DNA of 32,000 nt from Promethearchaeum syntrophicum (GTDB taxonomy: Archaea > Asgardarchaeota > Lokiarchaeia > Sigyniarchaeales > Promethearchaeaceae), in contig NZ_CP042905.2 of assembly GCF_008000775.2 (NCBI RefSeq), positions 2,490,001 through 2,522,000 on the forward strand, read 5' to 3'. How positions within the stretch are numbered: position 1 is the stretch's first letter; every line of letters starts with the position of its first letter. Shown in pieces: positions 18,720 to 27,234 of the stretch. The position numbers and the translations under genes were made by a program. The notes under the pieces are model-generated. The model did not search any database, had not been told where the DNA came from, and saw only the letters and a list, made by a program, of their open reading frames with translations.

Positions 18720-18915
18720 CGTTTTGTTTTTATATCTCTATTATCCTCAATCGTTGTCATTAAATACAAATCAATTGAAAAAATGAAGAATATAAATGAC
18801 AAAGATTTTGCCTCCAAAGGGGATATTTGTATATAAGTTGATTAGAAATTTCAAAAAATAACAGATTATTTTACATTTAGAATCTTCAAACATTCTAAAT
18901 TCATTACAGTCCCCC

Positions 18916-19155
18916 CTAGGTTGTCCCGATTTTATCCTTATATTTCTTATACCACTGTTCATAACCGAGATTCATAAGAAAATAAGCAGGTATCCATGCA
19001 AAACTACCAATTATGAATAAAATAAGCGGTACAGGATTATCTTCAAAGGAAATTGTATGATGGATGAGAAACAAAATAATAATATATAAGGCAATTACAA
19101 TTAAAAATGCATAAAAAGACCATAAAATCGATTTAAATACATTCCTATTTCGCAA
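18916..19155 (-). CDS. Small 2-TM membrane protein. Possibly the detached C-terminal half of a Zn-ribbon/TM gene.
   Basis: 79-aa ORF with a TTG start and two hydrophobic helices. It is in the same reading frame as the upstream 19171-19371 ORF, separated by one TAA and five sense codons. Confidence 0.5.
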   Translation of the reverse strand: MRNRNVFKSILWSFYAFLIVIALYIIILFLIHHTISFEDNPVPLILFIIGSFAWIPAYFLMNLGYEQWYKKYKDKIGTT

Positions 19156-19170
19156 ACAACTCTTCTGTAC

Positions 19171-19371
19171 TTATGTTGGAGCGGAATTAAAACATTCTGA
19201 GCAAAGAGCTCCTTTATCACATCGAACACATATATCACTATGACAATGAAGGCAACTACTAAATGTTCCTGGAGTATATTTAATAATATAACCTGAAAGG
19301 AATTTCCTTCCACATCCACCACAGTTAGAAATGAAAGCCCCAACATTTGTATTTTTTTTTTGAATAGTCAT
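19171..19371 (-). CDS. Small 8-Cys zinc-ribbon protein
   Basis: CGGC...CLHC-x4-C-x2-C-x5-C-x2-C. The last six Cys have spacing identical to the N-terminus of the 26101-26538 product (CKIC-x4-C-x2-C-x5-C-x2-C). Confidence 0.6.
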   Translation of the reverse strand: MTIQKKNTNVGAFISNCGGCGRKFLSGYIIKYTPGTFSSCLHCHSDICVRCDKGALCSECFNSAPT

Positions 19372-19541
19372 TTTCCTACCTCTTCAGTAATTTTAACTTA
19401 AAACTTGATAACACTATAAATGTATAAAATTATACCTTAATATTTTTTTAGAGATCTTGTTCGATCTTTTCTCATATAAATTTGGATTCTAAACACAATT
19501 TAGTCAATTTTATAAGAACTAAATTCACTAATAAGTTAATC

Positions 19542-20369
19542 ATGACCTTCACTATTAATTCAACACTAGAAATGGCTAATTCTGTGAAGATACCCATTTT
19601 TGGATTAGGAACTTATCTTTTAACTGGTAACCAAGGGCAAAAAGCTATTGAATGTGCATTAAAAGTAGGGTATAGATTAATCGATACTGCAACACTCTAT
19701 AATAATGAAAAAATAGTGGGAAATGCATTAAAAAATACTAAAGTTCCTCGTGACCAGGTTTTTATTACTTCTAAAGTTTGGAATTCTGATCAGGGATATT
19801 CGCGAACGTTAAATGCCTTTAATAAAAGTTTAAGCAACCTTGGTGTTGATTTTCTAGATTTATATCTGATCCATTGGCCAGTAGAAGGGAAATGGAAAGA
19901 TACTTGGCATGCTTTAGAAGAACTCTATATTAAGGGAAAAGTTCGGGCAATCGGGGTAAGTAATTTTTATATATCTCATTTGGAAGAACTTCTAAAAATT
20001 GCTTCGATTAAGCCCATGGTAAACCAAATTGAATTCCATCCCTTCTTGTATAAAAAAGATATTTTAGAATATTGTCAAGAAAAGGGGATTGTGCTCGAAT
20101 CTTATGCACCTTTAACTCATGGATATAAAATTAATGATATCAAAAGCCCTCAATTTTTACAGTTGATAGAAAAATACAATAAATCTGCAGCTCAGATAAT
20201 GTTACGTTGGAATATTCAGCTTGGAAACGTAATTATTCCAAAATCGATTAACCCATCTCATATCAAAGAAAACGCAGAAATTTTTGACTTTACAATCTCA
20301 GTTGATGATATGCACTACCTTGATTCATTCAATGAAGATTTCCATAGTGATTGGGATCCTTCGGACTAG
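19542..20369 (+). CDS. Aldo/keto reductase family oxidoreductase
   Basis: GLGTY, LIDTATLYNNE, LDLYLIHWP and IPKS motifs. The ORF track begins at a TTG (19482), but ATG 19542 (MTFTIN...) or ATG 19572 (MANSVKIPIFGLGTY) fits family N-termini better. Confidence 0.9.
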   Translation: MTFTINSTLEMANSVKIPIFGLGTYLLTGNQGQKAIECALKVGYRLIDTATLYNNEKIVGNALKNTKVPRDQVFITSKVWNSDQGYSRTLNAFNKSLSNLGVDFLDLYLIHWPVEGKWKDTWHALEELYIKGKVRAIGVSNFYISHLEELLKIASIKPMVNQIEFHPFLYKKDILEYCQEKGIVLESYAPLTHGYKINDIKSPQFLQLIEKYNKSAAQIMLRWNIQLGNVIIPKSINPSHIKENAEIFDFTISVDDMHYLDSFNEDFHSDWDPSD

Positions 20370-20423
20370 CAAAGAAATATGAAATTTCATCTAATTTTAT
20401 AGTTATGAAAAATATCCAAATTC

Positions 20424-21221
20424 ATGGAAGAAAAATCAAATAAATTAAAATTAATCCTATCTAATGATAATCATTCGCTTTGGTTATCAATTTTATTACA
20501 TCTTTTTCCAGGAATATTAGCTGCACTGGTCTATTTTCCTGTTGCCCAATTATTTTGGAATAATAATATCCCTACTGTGCTTGCTATACATGTTGTTCTG
20601 ATAGTGATTCTCGTTCCATTAGAATTAGGAATAATTCTGTTCAGTCGTAAGAAGAAAACCGACCTAACAGAAAATACCATCTTAAAGATAAAACTTCCCT
20701 CAATTATATTGAATACAAATAAGAATTCCAAAGAAGAGATTATACTTTATTCTTTTCTCTCTTTGTTTTGGGCTGTCTTAATATTGGGTTTTGTAGACAA
20801 GCAACTCGTTGTTTCGGATTGGATTTTTCAAAATTGGTTTAATTGGCTTCCGGAATTTTATGATATGACTGGAGTGTATACCAATCCAGAACAATATTCA
20901 ACCGGAATACGGGTATTAGTTTTAATATTCTCTTTAATTTTCGGAGCAATAATCGGACCTTTTATTGAGGAAATTTATTTCCGAGGATTTCTTATGCCCC
21001 GACTTGTAAAAAATAAATGGTTTGCGCCGGTTCTTAATGCCGTGTTATTCGCATTTTATCATTTATGGACTCCATGGATGATGCCCATGCGTGTTTTAGC
21101 AGTTTTGCCATTTATCTTTTTGGTTTGGTGGAAGAAAGATATAAAAATCGGGATTTATTCTCATATCGCATTGAACCTATTAGGAGATGTGATAATGGTA
21201 ATTCCAATATTTTTCTTTTAA
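20424..21221 (+). CDS. CPBP family (CAAX/Abi-type) intramembrane metalloprotease
   Basis: Multi-TM protein with EEIYFRGF, FAFYHL and HIALNLL motifs, the EExxxR / FxxxH / HxxxN signature. Confidence 0.85.
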   Translation: MEEKSNKLKLILSNDNHSLWLSILLHLFPGILAALVYFPVAQLFWNNNIPTVLAIHVVLIVILVPLELGIILFSRKKKTDLTENTILKIKLPSIILNTNKNSKEEIILYSFLSLFWAVLILGFVDKQLVVSDWIFQNWFNWLPEFYDMTGVYTNPEQYSTGIRVLVLIFSLIFGAIIGPFIEEIYFRGFLMPRLVKNKWFAPVLNAVLFAFYHLWTPWMMPMRVLAVLPFIFLVWWKKDIKIGIYSHIALNLLGDVIMVIPIFFF

Positions 21222-21253
21222 CCAATTTTTTTATATGTTTGATTTCTTTTTTA

Positions 21254-21676
21254 TTACATTTTTTTTTTAAGGGTAGAAAAAAACTGAGTCCGATCAAAAT
21301 AAACCTCATTTCTCTTAATTTTTCTTTTATTTGAAGGCTCTAATTCTACAATATCCATTCCATATTCAATTATTTGCTCGGTTCCAATCGGGATCGTAGA
21401 TTTCCACTTGAAATTAAATCCTTTTTCTGTGGGAAATAATTCAATAAGCTCCCATTTCCAGTTTGGGTTTCTCTTCAGGAGTTTCTCAAAATAATTCAAA
21501 AGGTGTTCACACCCATTGATTCCTTCTGAATTTGCAGGATCCCTATAATATGTATCATCTGCATAAAAATCAATCAAATTTTTGGGTTTATTTCCAGTCC
21601 ATGCATTTAACCATTCATTGCAAAAAAGTTCCAGATTTTCTTGATTTTCCAAATTTTCTGCTTCTTTCACCATCAT
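21254..21676 (-). CDS. NTF2/SnoaL-like fold protein
   Basis: 140 aa. W..AW...K....DFYADDTYYRDP...G......YF pattern and ...VYFD near the C-terminus, typical of the SnoaL-like family. Confidence 0.75.
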   Translation of the reverse strand: MMVKEAENLENQENLELFCNEWLNAWTGNKPKNLIDFYADDTYYRDPANSEGINGCEHLLNYFEKLLKRNPNWKWELIELFPTEKGFNFKWKSTIPIGTEQIIEYGMDIVELEPSNKRKIKRNEVYFDRTQFFSTLKKKM

Positions 21677-21785
21677 TATTGAACACTTAAGAAATGCTTG
21701 TAGTCTTTTTTTTTTATATCTTTCGTTTTATAATAGAAGCGTTTTTTGGGAATTATGGATTATAGTAATTAACTATTTTTAATAT

Positions 21786-21878
21786 GGCTCCGAGCGGTCA
21801 GAGTGGTCTTTGACGCCGGACTTCAAATCCGGTCTATCCTCAAACGATTGGGGGTTCGATTCCCCCTCAGAGCCGCCA
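21786..21878 (+). tRNA. tRNA-Sec (anticodon UCA), archaeal/eukaryal 9/4 fold, genomically encoded CCA
   Basis: Manual fold. Acceptor 21786-21794/21866-21874: 9 bp with one C-A mismatch. D stem 21797-21803/21808-21814: 7 bp including one G-U, with 4-nt loop TGGT. Anticodon stem 21815-21820/21828-21833: 6 bp including one G-U. Loop CTTCAAA gives anticodon TCA. Variable arm 21834-21850: 17 nt. T stem 21851-21854/21862-21865: 4 bp with loop TTCGATT. Discriminator G21875 and CCA 21876-21878. TATAGTAA at 21761-21768 lies about 25 nt upstream. Confidence 0.9.
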
Positions 21879-22179
21879 AAATCCGACTCAATTTGTTTCA
21901 TAGGTTTGCTCCAAAATATTATAGCTGTGGTCATTTAATAAGACTTATTTTAATTTTTTTTTTTAACAACAAGTTTCTTCCATTTTTAAGGCAAATATTG
22001 GATATATAATCATAGATTTTCCACAAAATGAAAAATTTAATCCAAATAATTTAAATTTTGAATCTATCCTATTCTTTGATATTCACCCAATATCTCCTAA
22101 AATTGATAATATTTTTTCAACTCAATTTGATTACTAAATAGTACTAATATTTATTTGATTGTAATTACATTGTAATTAT

Positions 22180-22434
22180 ATGGAAGTCATAAAAACAAAA
22201 CTTATTCAAATTGGAAATTCTAAAGGAATCCGAATACCGAAACACATTTTGGAACGTCTGAACCTACAAAATAAAATAGAACTTATAATTGATGATAAAA
22301 TCAATCAAATTCACATTAAATCAATCGAGACTCCCCGAAAGAATTGGGAAGATGCTTTTCAAAAAATGCATGAAAACCGAGATGATGATCTTTTAATTGA
22401 TGATGGAATTGACTTAGATGCTTTGGATTGGTGA
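22180..22434 (+). CDS. mazE: AbrB/MazE/SpoVT-type antitoxin
   Basis: N-terminal LIQIGNSKGIRIPKHILERLNL swapped-hairpin motif. 84 aa. Immediately upstream of a PemK/MazF gene. Confidence 0.85.
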   Translation: MEVIKTKLIQIGNSKGIRIPKHILERLNLQNKIELIIDDKINQIHIKSIETPRKNWEDAFQKMHENRDDDLLIDDGIDLDALDW

Positions 22435-22470
22435 GTAAAAATTCCTTGGCATAAAATCAAACAATATTCT

Positions 22471-22773
22471 GTGTATTTATTGAATTTAGATCCTACAGTA
22501 GGACATGAGATAAAAAAAACTAGACCATGTGTGGTAATATCTCCAGATGAGATGAATAAACATTTAAAAACAATTATTATTGCTCCTATGACTACTAAAT
22601 CTCAAGACTATCCAACCAGAATCAAAATAAAATTTGCAGGAAAAATGGGATGGTTAGTTGTCGATCAAATCCGTACAGTTGATAGAATACGATTTGTTAA
22701 AAAGATGGGAACAATTAGTTCAAGTTCTATTAAAGAGCTAAAAAAAAAGGTTCAAGAAATGTTAGTAGATTAA
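22471..22773 (+). CDS. mazF: PemK/MazF-family endoribonuclease toxin
   Basis: LNLDPTVGHEIKKTRPCVVISPDEMN...IIIAPMTTK is the family signature. The GTG start gives a slightly short N-terminal strand. No other canonical start lies between the mazE stop and 22471. Confidence 0.85.
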   Translation: MYLLNLDPTVGHEIKKTRPCVVISPDEMNKHLKTIIIAPMTTKSQDYPTRIKIKFAGKMGWLVVDQIRTVDRIRFVKKMGTISSSSIKELKKKVQEMLVD

Positions 22774-22790
22774 TAGATGAAGATGTTTAT

Positions 22791-22807
22791 GTCCGACAAA
22801 GTCGGAC
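22791..22807 (+). terminator. Perfect 7-bp hairpin (GTCCGAC AAA GTCGGAC) followed by TTT, after mazF and 10 nt before att-like repeat 1
   Basis: Read directly. It could be a terminator or part of a recombination site. Its 3' arm plus flank (GTCGGACTTTAA) resembles the tRNA anticodon arm (GCCGGACTTCAA). Confidence 0.35.
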
Positions 22808-22817
22808 TTTAAGAAAT

Positions 22818-22837
22818 ATTCCCCCTCAGGACCGCCA
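22818..22837 (+). repeat. att-like direct repeat 1: copy of the tRNA-Sec 3' end
   Basis: ATTCCCCCTCAGGACCGCCA versus tRNA 21859-21878 ATTCCCCCTCAGAGCCGCCA, 18/20 identical. Confidence 0.8.
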
Positions 22838-23417
22838 TTATTGTCTGCTAAATAATTATTCTCAATATGATACATCAAGAAAAGAAGATCTTATGGGTTT
22901 AATTTAAGAGGAAAAAAAGGTTATGAGAATTATCTCATAAATTATTACGGGTTAGGCAAGTTAAAAGATAAAAAAACAGAGATTATTATTTCTTCTTATC
23001 ATTTATCCCTATTGTATTAAATTTGGCTGCCTTCTTTTTAGTAGCTCGATTAATTTCGGATTTTTTTTTACGGGGTGAATTCTTCGCCATGTTAATATCG
23101 ACTCCTATCTGGAATAAAGGAATATATCCAATAATGTTTTCGATTTTTTGCTATAATGGGAAAAAATTTTTACCAAATTGATGAAAACTTTTAAATTACG
23201 TGAAAAAGCATTGTCTTCATGCTAGTATATTGAAAATAATTTCTTTTTTGTTAAAACGATACAATTTTCAAGAAAATGTGATTGAATGGGGCAAATTCCT
23301 TTTATAGATATTGATTTAACTCAAAAAAATGGGGTAAATTATTGTTTAACCATAAAATACCAATATATTACCTGATTTTTTAACACTTATTTAATTTAAC
23401 TATAGGTAAACTAAACC

Positions 23418-24863
23418 CTAATAGCGGGTAAATTTGGCAAAAAAGAAACCTTGAGTATGATGTTTAGCGGGAAAAATTCGCCCTAACCCAATAATTCTTT
23501 TTTCTTGAGTGGAAATCAATGTTTTCAGAGATTCATTGATAAAATATGGAGGAGAAATACCTTTAATTAAAGGTTGAGGAGTCAAATCTTGAAACCAAGG
23601 CTTGTTAATTAATTTATTTATCTGATATTCCCCTTCCTCGGGATATAAACTGCAAGTTGCATAGACCAAGGTCGTTCCCATTTGTATATAATTTTTAAGC
23701 TGTTTCAAGATTTTTTCTTGAATAATAACATTTTTTAGCAAAATGTGTTTATTTTGGTGCCACTTCATCTCAGGATCATTTAAAAAAGTACCTGATCCCG
23801 AACATGGAGCATCTAACAGAATTTTATCAAACAAGGGTCGCTCAGAATTAACTCCAACTCGCAAAGGTAATTTCGCTCCATCCCATTGGATGAGGTGGGT
23901 GTTTTTTGTATTCAATTGATCCAGTAATTTTTTAGTTTTTTTAAGACGGTCTCGGTGGATATCCCCGCTGATAATTACACTTTGAAAGAGGGTCAATTCT
24001 TGGATTAATCTTGTTTTCATCCCTGGAGCGGCAGCAACATCTAGAATTAGTTCCATAGGTTGTGGATCGATTAATAAACATGCTATAACTGCGGATTTAT
24101 CTTGAAAAATTATTTTATTTGATTGATATAATTGAGATTTTGAGACAAGATTGCGTTGATCCATTGGAATATGAATTAGAAAGGGGATATCAGAATCAAT
24201 TTTAGTCTTAATCCCATTTTCATGCATATATTGAAGACATTTATCTCTGGTTAAAGTAACCCATTTTTCATCATTTCCTTTGTCGAGAACTATTCTGAGC
24301 GTGATAAAATTGTGATCCTTAAAAGGATTCATTGCTTTAGCATTGGCTTGTATTTTTTGTTCTGACATGACTGGGATTAAGTGTTCCACAAAAAAAGAAG
24401 GAACTGCTTGAGATATACTTATTTTTTCTGATAAGGGTTTATTTTTAAGGGCGATTTCCCAAGAAAAATGGCTAAATTTCTCTAAGAATTGGAATAAGAG
24501 GGAATTCCAAACAGGGATTGTATGATCAGGGAATGTTGCCTGGAGATCATCAAATTCTTTTTGAAGATATTTATGTGAAACATGCTTCCAATGCATACAA
24601 TATACACAATAGTACAATTCGGACCGTTGTAAAGTTGTTATTGAGCCTAAATTCAAAGCACGTAAGGTTTTTTGAGTTGCAAATTGAATTTTATTAAACC
24701 ATCTTATGATTCCTCGTAAATCCTGTATAATCACTGAATAGGTTTTCTGAGGGATAAAATGTTTATCATCCCGATTATGCAGCCTAGATTCTAATGAATA
24801 GTTGGAGTATTCCAAATAATCCGTGAGAATTTCGAGACATTTTTTTAACGCGTAGGGATCCAC
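23418..24863 (-). CDS. NOL1/NOP2/Sun (RsmB/NSUN) family RNA cytosine-C5 methyltransferase with a non-canonical N-terminal region of about 270 aa
   Basis: DVAAAPGMKT (SAM motif I), DKILLDAPCSGSGT (motif IV Cys), LVYATCSL (motif VI Cys), and a C-terminal GFFFAKF. Confidence 0.9.
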   Translation of the reverse strand: MDPYALKKCLEILTDYLEYSNYSLESRLHNRDDKHFIPQKTYSVIIQDLRGIIRWFNKIQFATQKTLRALNLGSITTLQRSELYYCVYCMHWKHVSHKYLQKEFDDLQATFPDHTIPVWNSLLFQFLEKFSHFSWEIALKNKPLSEKISISQAVPSFFVEHLIPVMSEQKIQANAKAMNPFKDHNFITLRIVLDKGNDEKWVTLTRDKCLQYMHENGIKTKIDSDIPFLIHIPMDQRNLVSKSQLYQSNKIIFQDKSAVIACLLIDPQPMELILDVAAAPGMKTRLIQELTLFQSVIISGDIHRDRLKKTKKLLDQLNTKNTHLIQWDGAKLPLRVGVNSERPLFDKILLDAPCSGSGTFLNDPEMKWHQNKHILLKNVIIQEKILKQLKNYIQMGTTLVYATCSLYPEEGEYQINKLINKPWFQDLTPQPLIKGISPPYFINESLKTLISTQEKRIIGLGRIFPAKHHTQGFFFAKFTRY

Positions 24864-24928
24864 TATTATTTATATAGGAACACTCTCCTATTCTTATAAT
24901 TATCGAAAAGTAATTTTTAAACTCCCAA

Positions 24929-24949
24929 GATTCCCCCCCAGAACCGCCA
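24929..24949 (+). repeat. att-like direct repeat 2: copy of the tRNA-Sec 3' end
   Basis: GATTCCCCCCCAGAACCGCCA versus tRNA 21858-21878 GATTCCCCCTCAGAGCCGCCA, 19/21 identical. It shares the post-CCA extension TTATTGT with repeat 1. Confidence 0.8.
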
Positions 24950-25236
24950 TTATTGTGATACTAGAGTAAATTCTTTGAATCAAGGTAATTATCTATTCTT
25001 TTTTCTCATACATTGATTTAACTCTAGTTAAACTTCAGTTTTGTTAAAAAATAAAAAATGAATTCTCATGGAATAATGGTTATTATTCTTAATCTTTACA
25101 ATGAGTAAATTTACATCCGTATTTCCTGGAGAAAAGGTCAATATAATGAACCAACGATTTTGTAAAATGGAATAATTAATTCTAATAATTATTAATTTCT
25201 TTCAGATTATATGAAAAATTAATTTTTCAATGGAGT

Positions 25237-25701
25237 ATGAAAATGAAAGCCAAATTATTAAAAATAATTATGAACATATGGCCTCCATTTAATGGAGCCG
25301 GTATTAAAGTCAAATATATTGCTAAGGACTTCAAAGAGGTAATTGTTATGATGAAACTAAAATGGTTCAACCGTAACTATGTAGGAACTCATTATGGAGG
25401 TAGTCTCTATTCTATGATAGATCCTTTTTATATGCTGATGCTTCTCAATAATTTTGGTGAGGATTATATTGTATGGGACAAATCCGCTGAAATTGATTTT
25501 ATCGCACCAGGAAAAGGTACGGTAAAAGCACGTTTCATCCTTACCGATGAAAAAATTGAAAAAATAAAAAGCGAAACTGTCAAATGTGACAAATATATTG
25601 CCGAATTACCAATTAACATAAATGACAAAAATGGAGAAATTGTTGCAAAAGCAAAAAAATTTGTGTATATACGGTTAAAAAAACGAGTTTGTATAACTTA
25701 G
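25237..25701 (+). CDS. Hotdog-fold DUF4442/YiiD_C-like protein (thioesterase-like)
   Basis: NRNYVGTHYGGSLYSMIDPFYMLMLLNNFGEDYIVWDKSAEIDF matches from memory the conserved core of DUF4442 proteins. Confidence 0.8.
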   Translation: MKMKAKLLKIIMNIWPPFNGAGIKVKYIAKDFKEVIVMMKLKWFNRNYVGTHYGGSLYSMIDPFYMLMLLNNFGEDYIVWDKSAEIDFIAPGKGTVKARFILTDEKIEKIKSETVKCDKYIAELPININDKNGEIVAKAKKFVYIRLKKRVCIT

Positions 25702-25770
25702 TGATTAAATAGATAATTTTTATTTCACGTAATTAAGGATTTTATTATTAATATCATTTAATTAAAAAAC

Positions 25771-25792
25771 CGATTCCCCTTGAGAGCTGTCA
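25771..25792 (+). repeat. att-like direct repeat 3: degenerate copy of the tRNA-Sec 3' end
   Basis: CGATTCCCCTTGAGAGCTGTCA versus tRNA 21857-21878 CGATTCCCCCTCAGAGCCGCCA, 18/22 identical. Followed by TTATTTT, similar to repeats 1 and 2. Confidence 0.65.
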
Positions 25793-26100
25793 TTATTTTA
25801 TTCCCGATAACAAATAATTACATAATATAGTGTGAAATTACTTTGGGAGTGATTCTCAAAAAAAATTACAAATTGGTGATAAAAACCTAATTATTCAATG
25901 TGTTCAATCCCAATTCTTAACAGATTCAATCTTTTTTTATTTGGAGTTCTTGAATAATAATAACTTCGACTCATATTTTAAAATTTTAGATAATTATAGG
26001 ATTCATCAGGCAATTTTTATCATGGGTTGATCTGTATAATTTTTTTGAATATAGAGTTTCGTTGTTAGTAACTTAGCTATTTATTTGGATTTTATTTTAA

Positions 26101-26538
26101 TTATATTCTTTGTCTCTCTTTAATTTTATTTTTAAAAGATTCATAAATAGGTGCTGCTTTGGCTTCTTCTTTCTTGAATCTATAGAAAAGGAATATTGTA
26201 GGCAGAATCCCTAAAATAAATCCAATACTTCCTGACAAAATTTGTGAGTTATTAGAGAACATTAGTCCACTTACTGCCCTTATTGCACAATATATATCAA
26301 AAATAACTAATCCTATAAAAATACAAGATACAATGGAGAATTTAGGTTGACTAGATTTTAATTGTTGATATTCATCTTTAGTGAGTAAATTTTTACAATG
26401 TGTGCACATCCCTAAATCCACACATTCATAACAAATTGACCTTCCACAAATTTTACACTTGAGTGGCTCTGTAGCATGTGCAATATGAGTGAATGCATGG
26501 CAATTAGGACATTGATACATCAAATATTTAACTTTCAT
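26101..26538 (-). CDS. Zn-ribbon (8 Cys) plus 2-TM membrane protein
   Basis: CPNC...CKIC-x4-C-x2-C-x5-C-x2-C N-terminus, then two hydrophobic helices. Fused counterpart of the 19171-19371 / 18916-19155 pair. Confidence 0.7.
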   Translation of the reverse strand: MKVKYLMYQCPNCHAFTHIAHATEPLKCKICGRSICYECVDLGMCTHCKNLLTKDEYQQLKSSQPKFSIVSCIFIGLVIFDIYCAIRAVSGLMFSNNSQILSGSIGFILGILPTIFLFYRFKKEEAKAAPIYESFKNKIKERQRI

Positions 26539-26732
26539 AATAATGATTAATTGTGAAGAATTAAAAAACCTATATGTATTTAATCTCTCTTATTTAATTC
26601 ATTGTAAATATTCTGACTGAATAATTAAGGTTTTTCGATTAGAGTATTTTTTCATTCCATTCCTCTAAATTAGAATTAATAAAGAAAATAAAGATTTTTT
26701 ACTTTATCTCCGAAATGACGCGCTTAAATATA

Positions 26733-26753
26733 GATTCCTCTTCAAAGCCACCA
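26733..26753 (+). repeat. att-like direct repeat 4: degenerate copy of the tRNA-Sec 3' end
   Basis: GATTCCTCTTCAAAGCCACCA versus GATTCCCCCTCAGAGCCGCCA, 17/21 identical. Confidence 0.55.
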
Positions 26754-26826
26754 TGAAACATTTCATTTAAAAAACTAACTCCTTAGATCATTAAATTTTA
26801 ATTATATTTTTTTTTTTAAAAGAAAA

Positions 26827-27234
26827 ATGAATGATATGCCAGATCCATTAGCTTCTATTAAAAATTTGGAAAATATAGAATTTAAATCTTTGATTGCATA
26901 TCTTAAGGAGGTTCTAGCTGTTTCACAGATCAGTTGTGGATATTATGATGATAAAACTTGCAGGATTTAATTAATAATCGATATTGATCATGAATTAGTA
27001 TGGAAGGTAGTTCAAGAATTTGGGTACGTGTTGAATTATGTCTCATTATCTGAACAATTGCCTACAATCTTTAAACAAGTATCACCTCCAACTTACATGA
27101 ATGGAAGTCCGGGAGAGTTTTTATCTTAGGTTATAGAAACTACCGATTCAAAATTTACTCCTGATCTGATAAGAGAATGGTTGTAGGGAAGATTACCTCG
27201 GAGTGGAACAATCGTGATTAATCCAAATATTTGA
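26827..27234 (+). pseudogene. Decayed gene remnant: one reading frame of 136 codons from the ATG to a terminal TGA at 27232, interrupted by three earlier in-frame stops
   Basis: Frame from ATG 26827 reads MNDMPDPLASIKNLENIEF...CRI*LIIDIDHELVWKVVQEFGYVLNYVSLSEQLPTIFKQVSPPTYMNGSPGEFLS*VIETTDSKFTPDLIREWL*GRLPRSGTIVINPNI*. Internal stops are TAA 26968, TAG 27127 and TAG 27184. That is far fewer stops than expected for non-coding DNA this AT-rich. Confidence 0.35.

Noticed and set aside
5408-21334. Other short track ORFs nested in or antisense to longer genes: 5408-5593, 6100-6306, 6926-7147, 7929-8111, 9214-9423, 9458-9649, 10752-11021, 12487-12687, 13220-13402, 13463-13864, 14791-15096, 14816-15109, 15405-15611, 16483-16707, 18627-18836, 18771-18962, 19101-19346, 20531-20731, 21065-21334, 21112-21309
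   Set aside because: Each overlaps a longer ORF with clear family signatures or a better-supported neighbour. None shows a recognisable motif.
21803-22009. 68-aa ORF on the plus strand
   Set aside because: It starts inside the tRNA-Sec gene and runs through its 3' flank, so the tRNA explains this sequence.
22432-22473. Idea that the in-frame TGA between mazE and mazF is a Sec codon, given the tRNA-Sec 550 bp upstream
   Set aside because: Same-frame adjacency happens one time in three by chance. TA partners are normally separate polypeptides. I see no SECIS-like structure I could defend. Kept only as a note on the uncertain mazF start.
22986-23090. 34-aa highly basic minus-strand ORF (MAKNSPRKKKSEINRATKKKAAKFNTIGINDKKK) in the second cassette
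   Set aside because: Too short and too low in complexity to support from sequence alone. It could be a real small DNA/RNA-binding peptide but is not reported as a feature.
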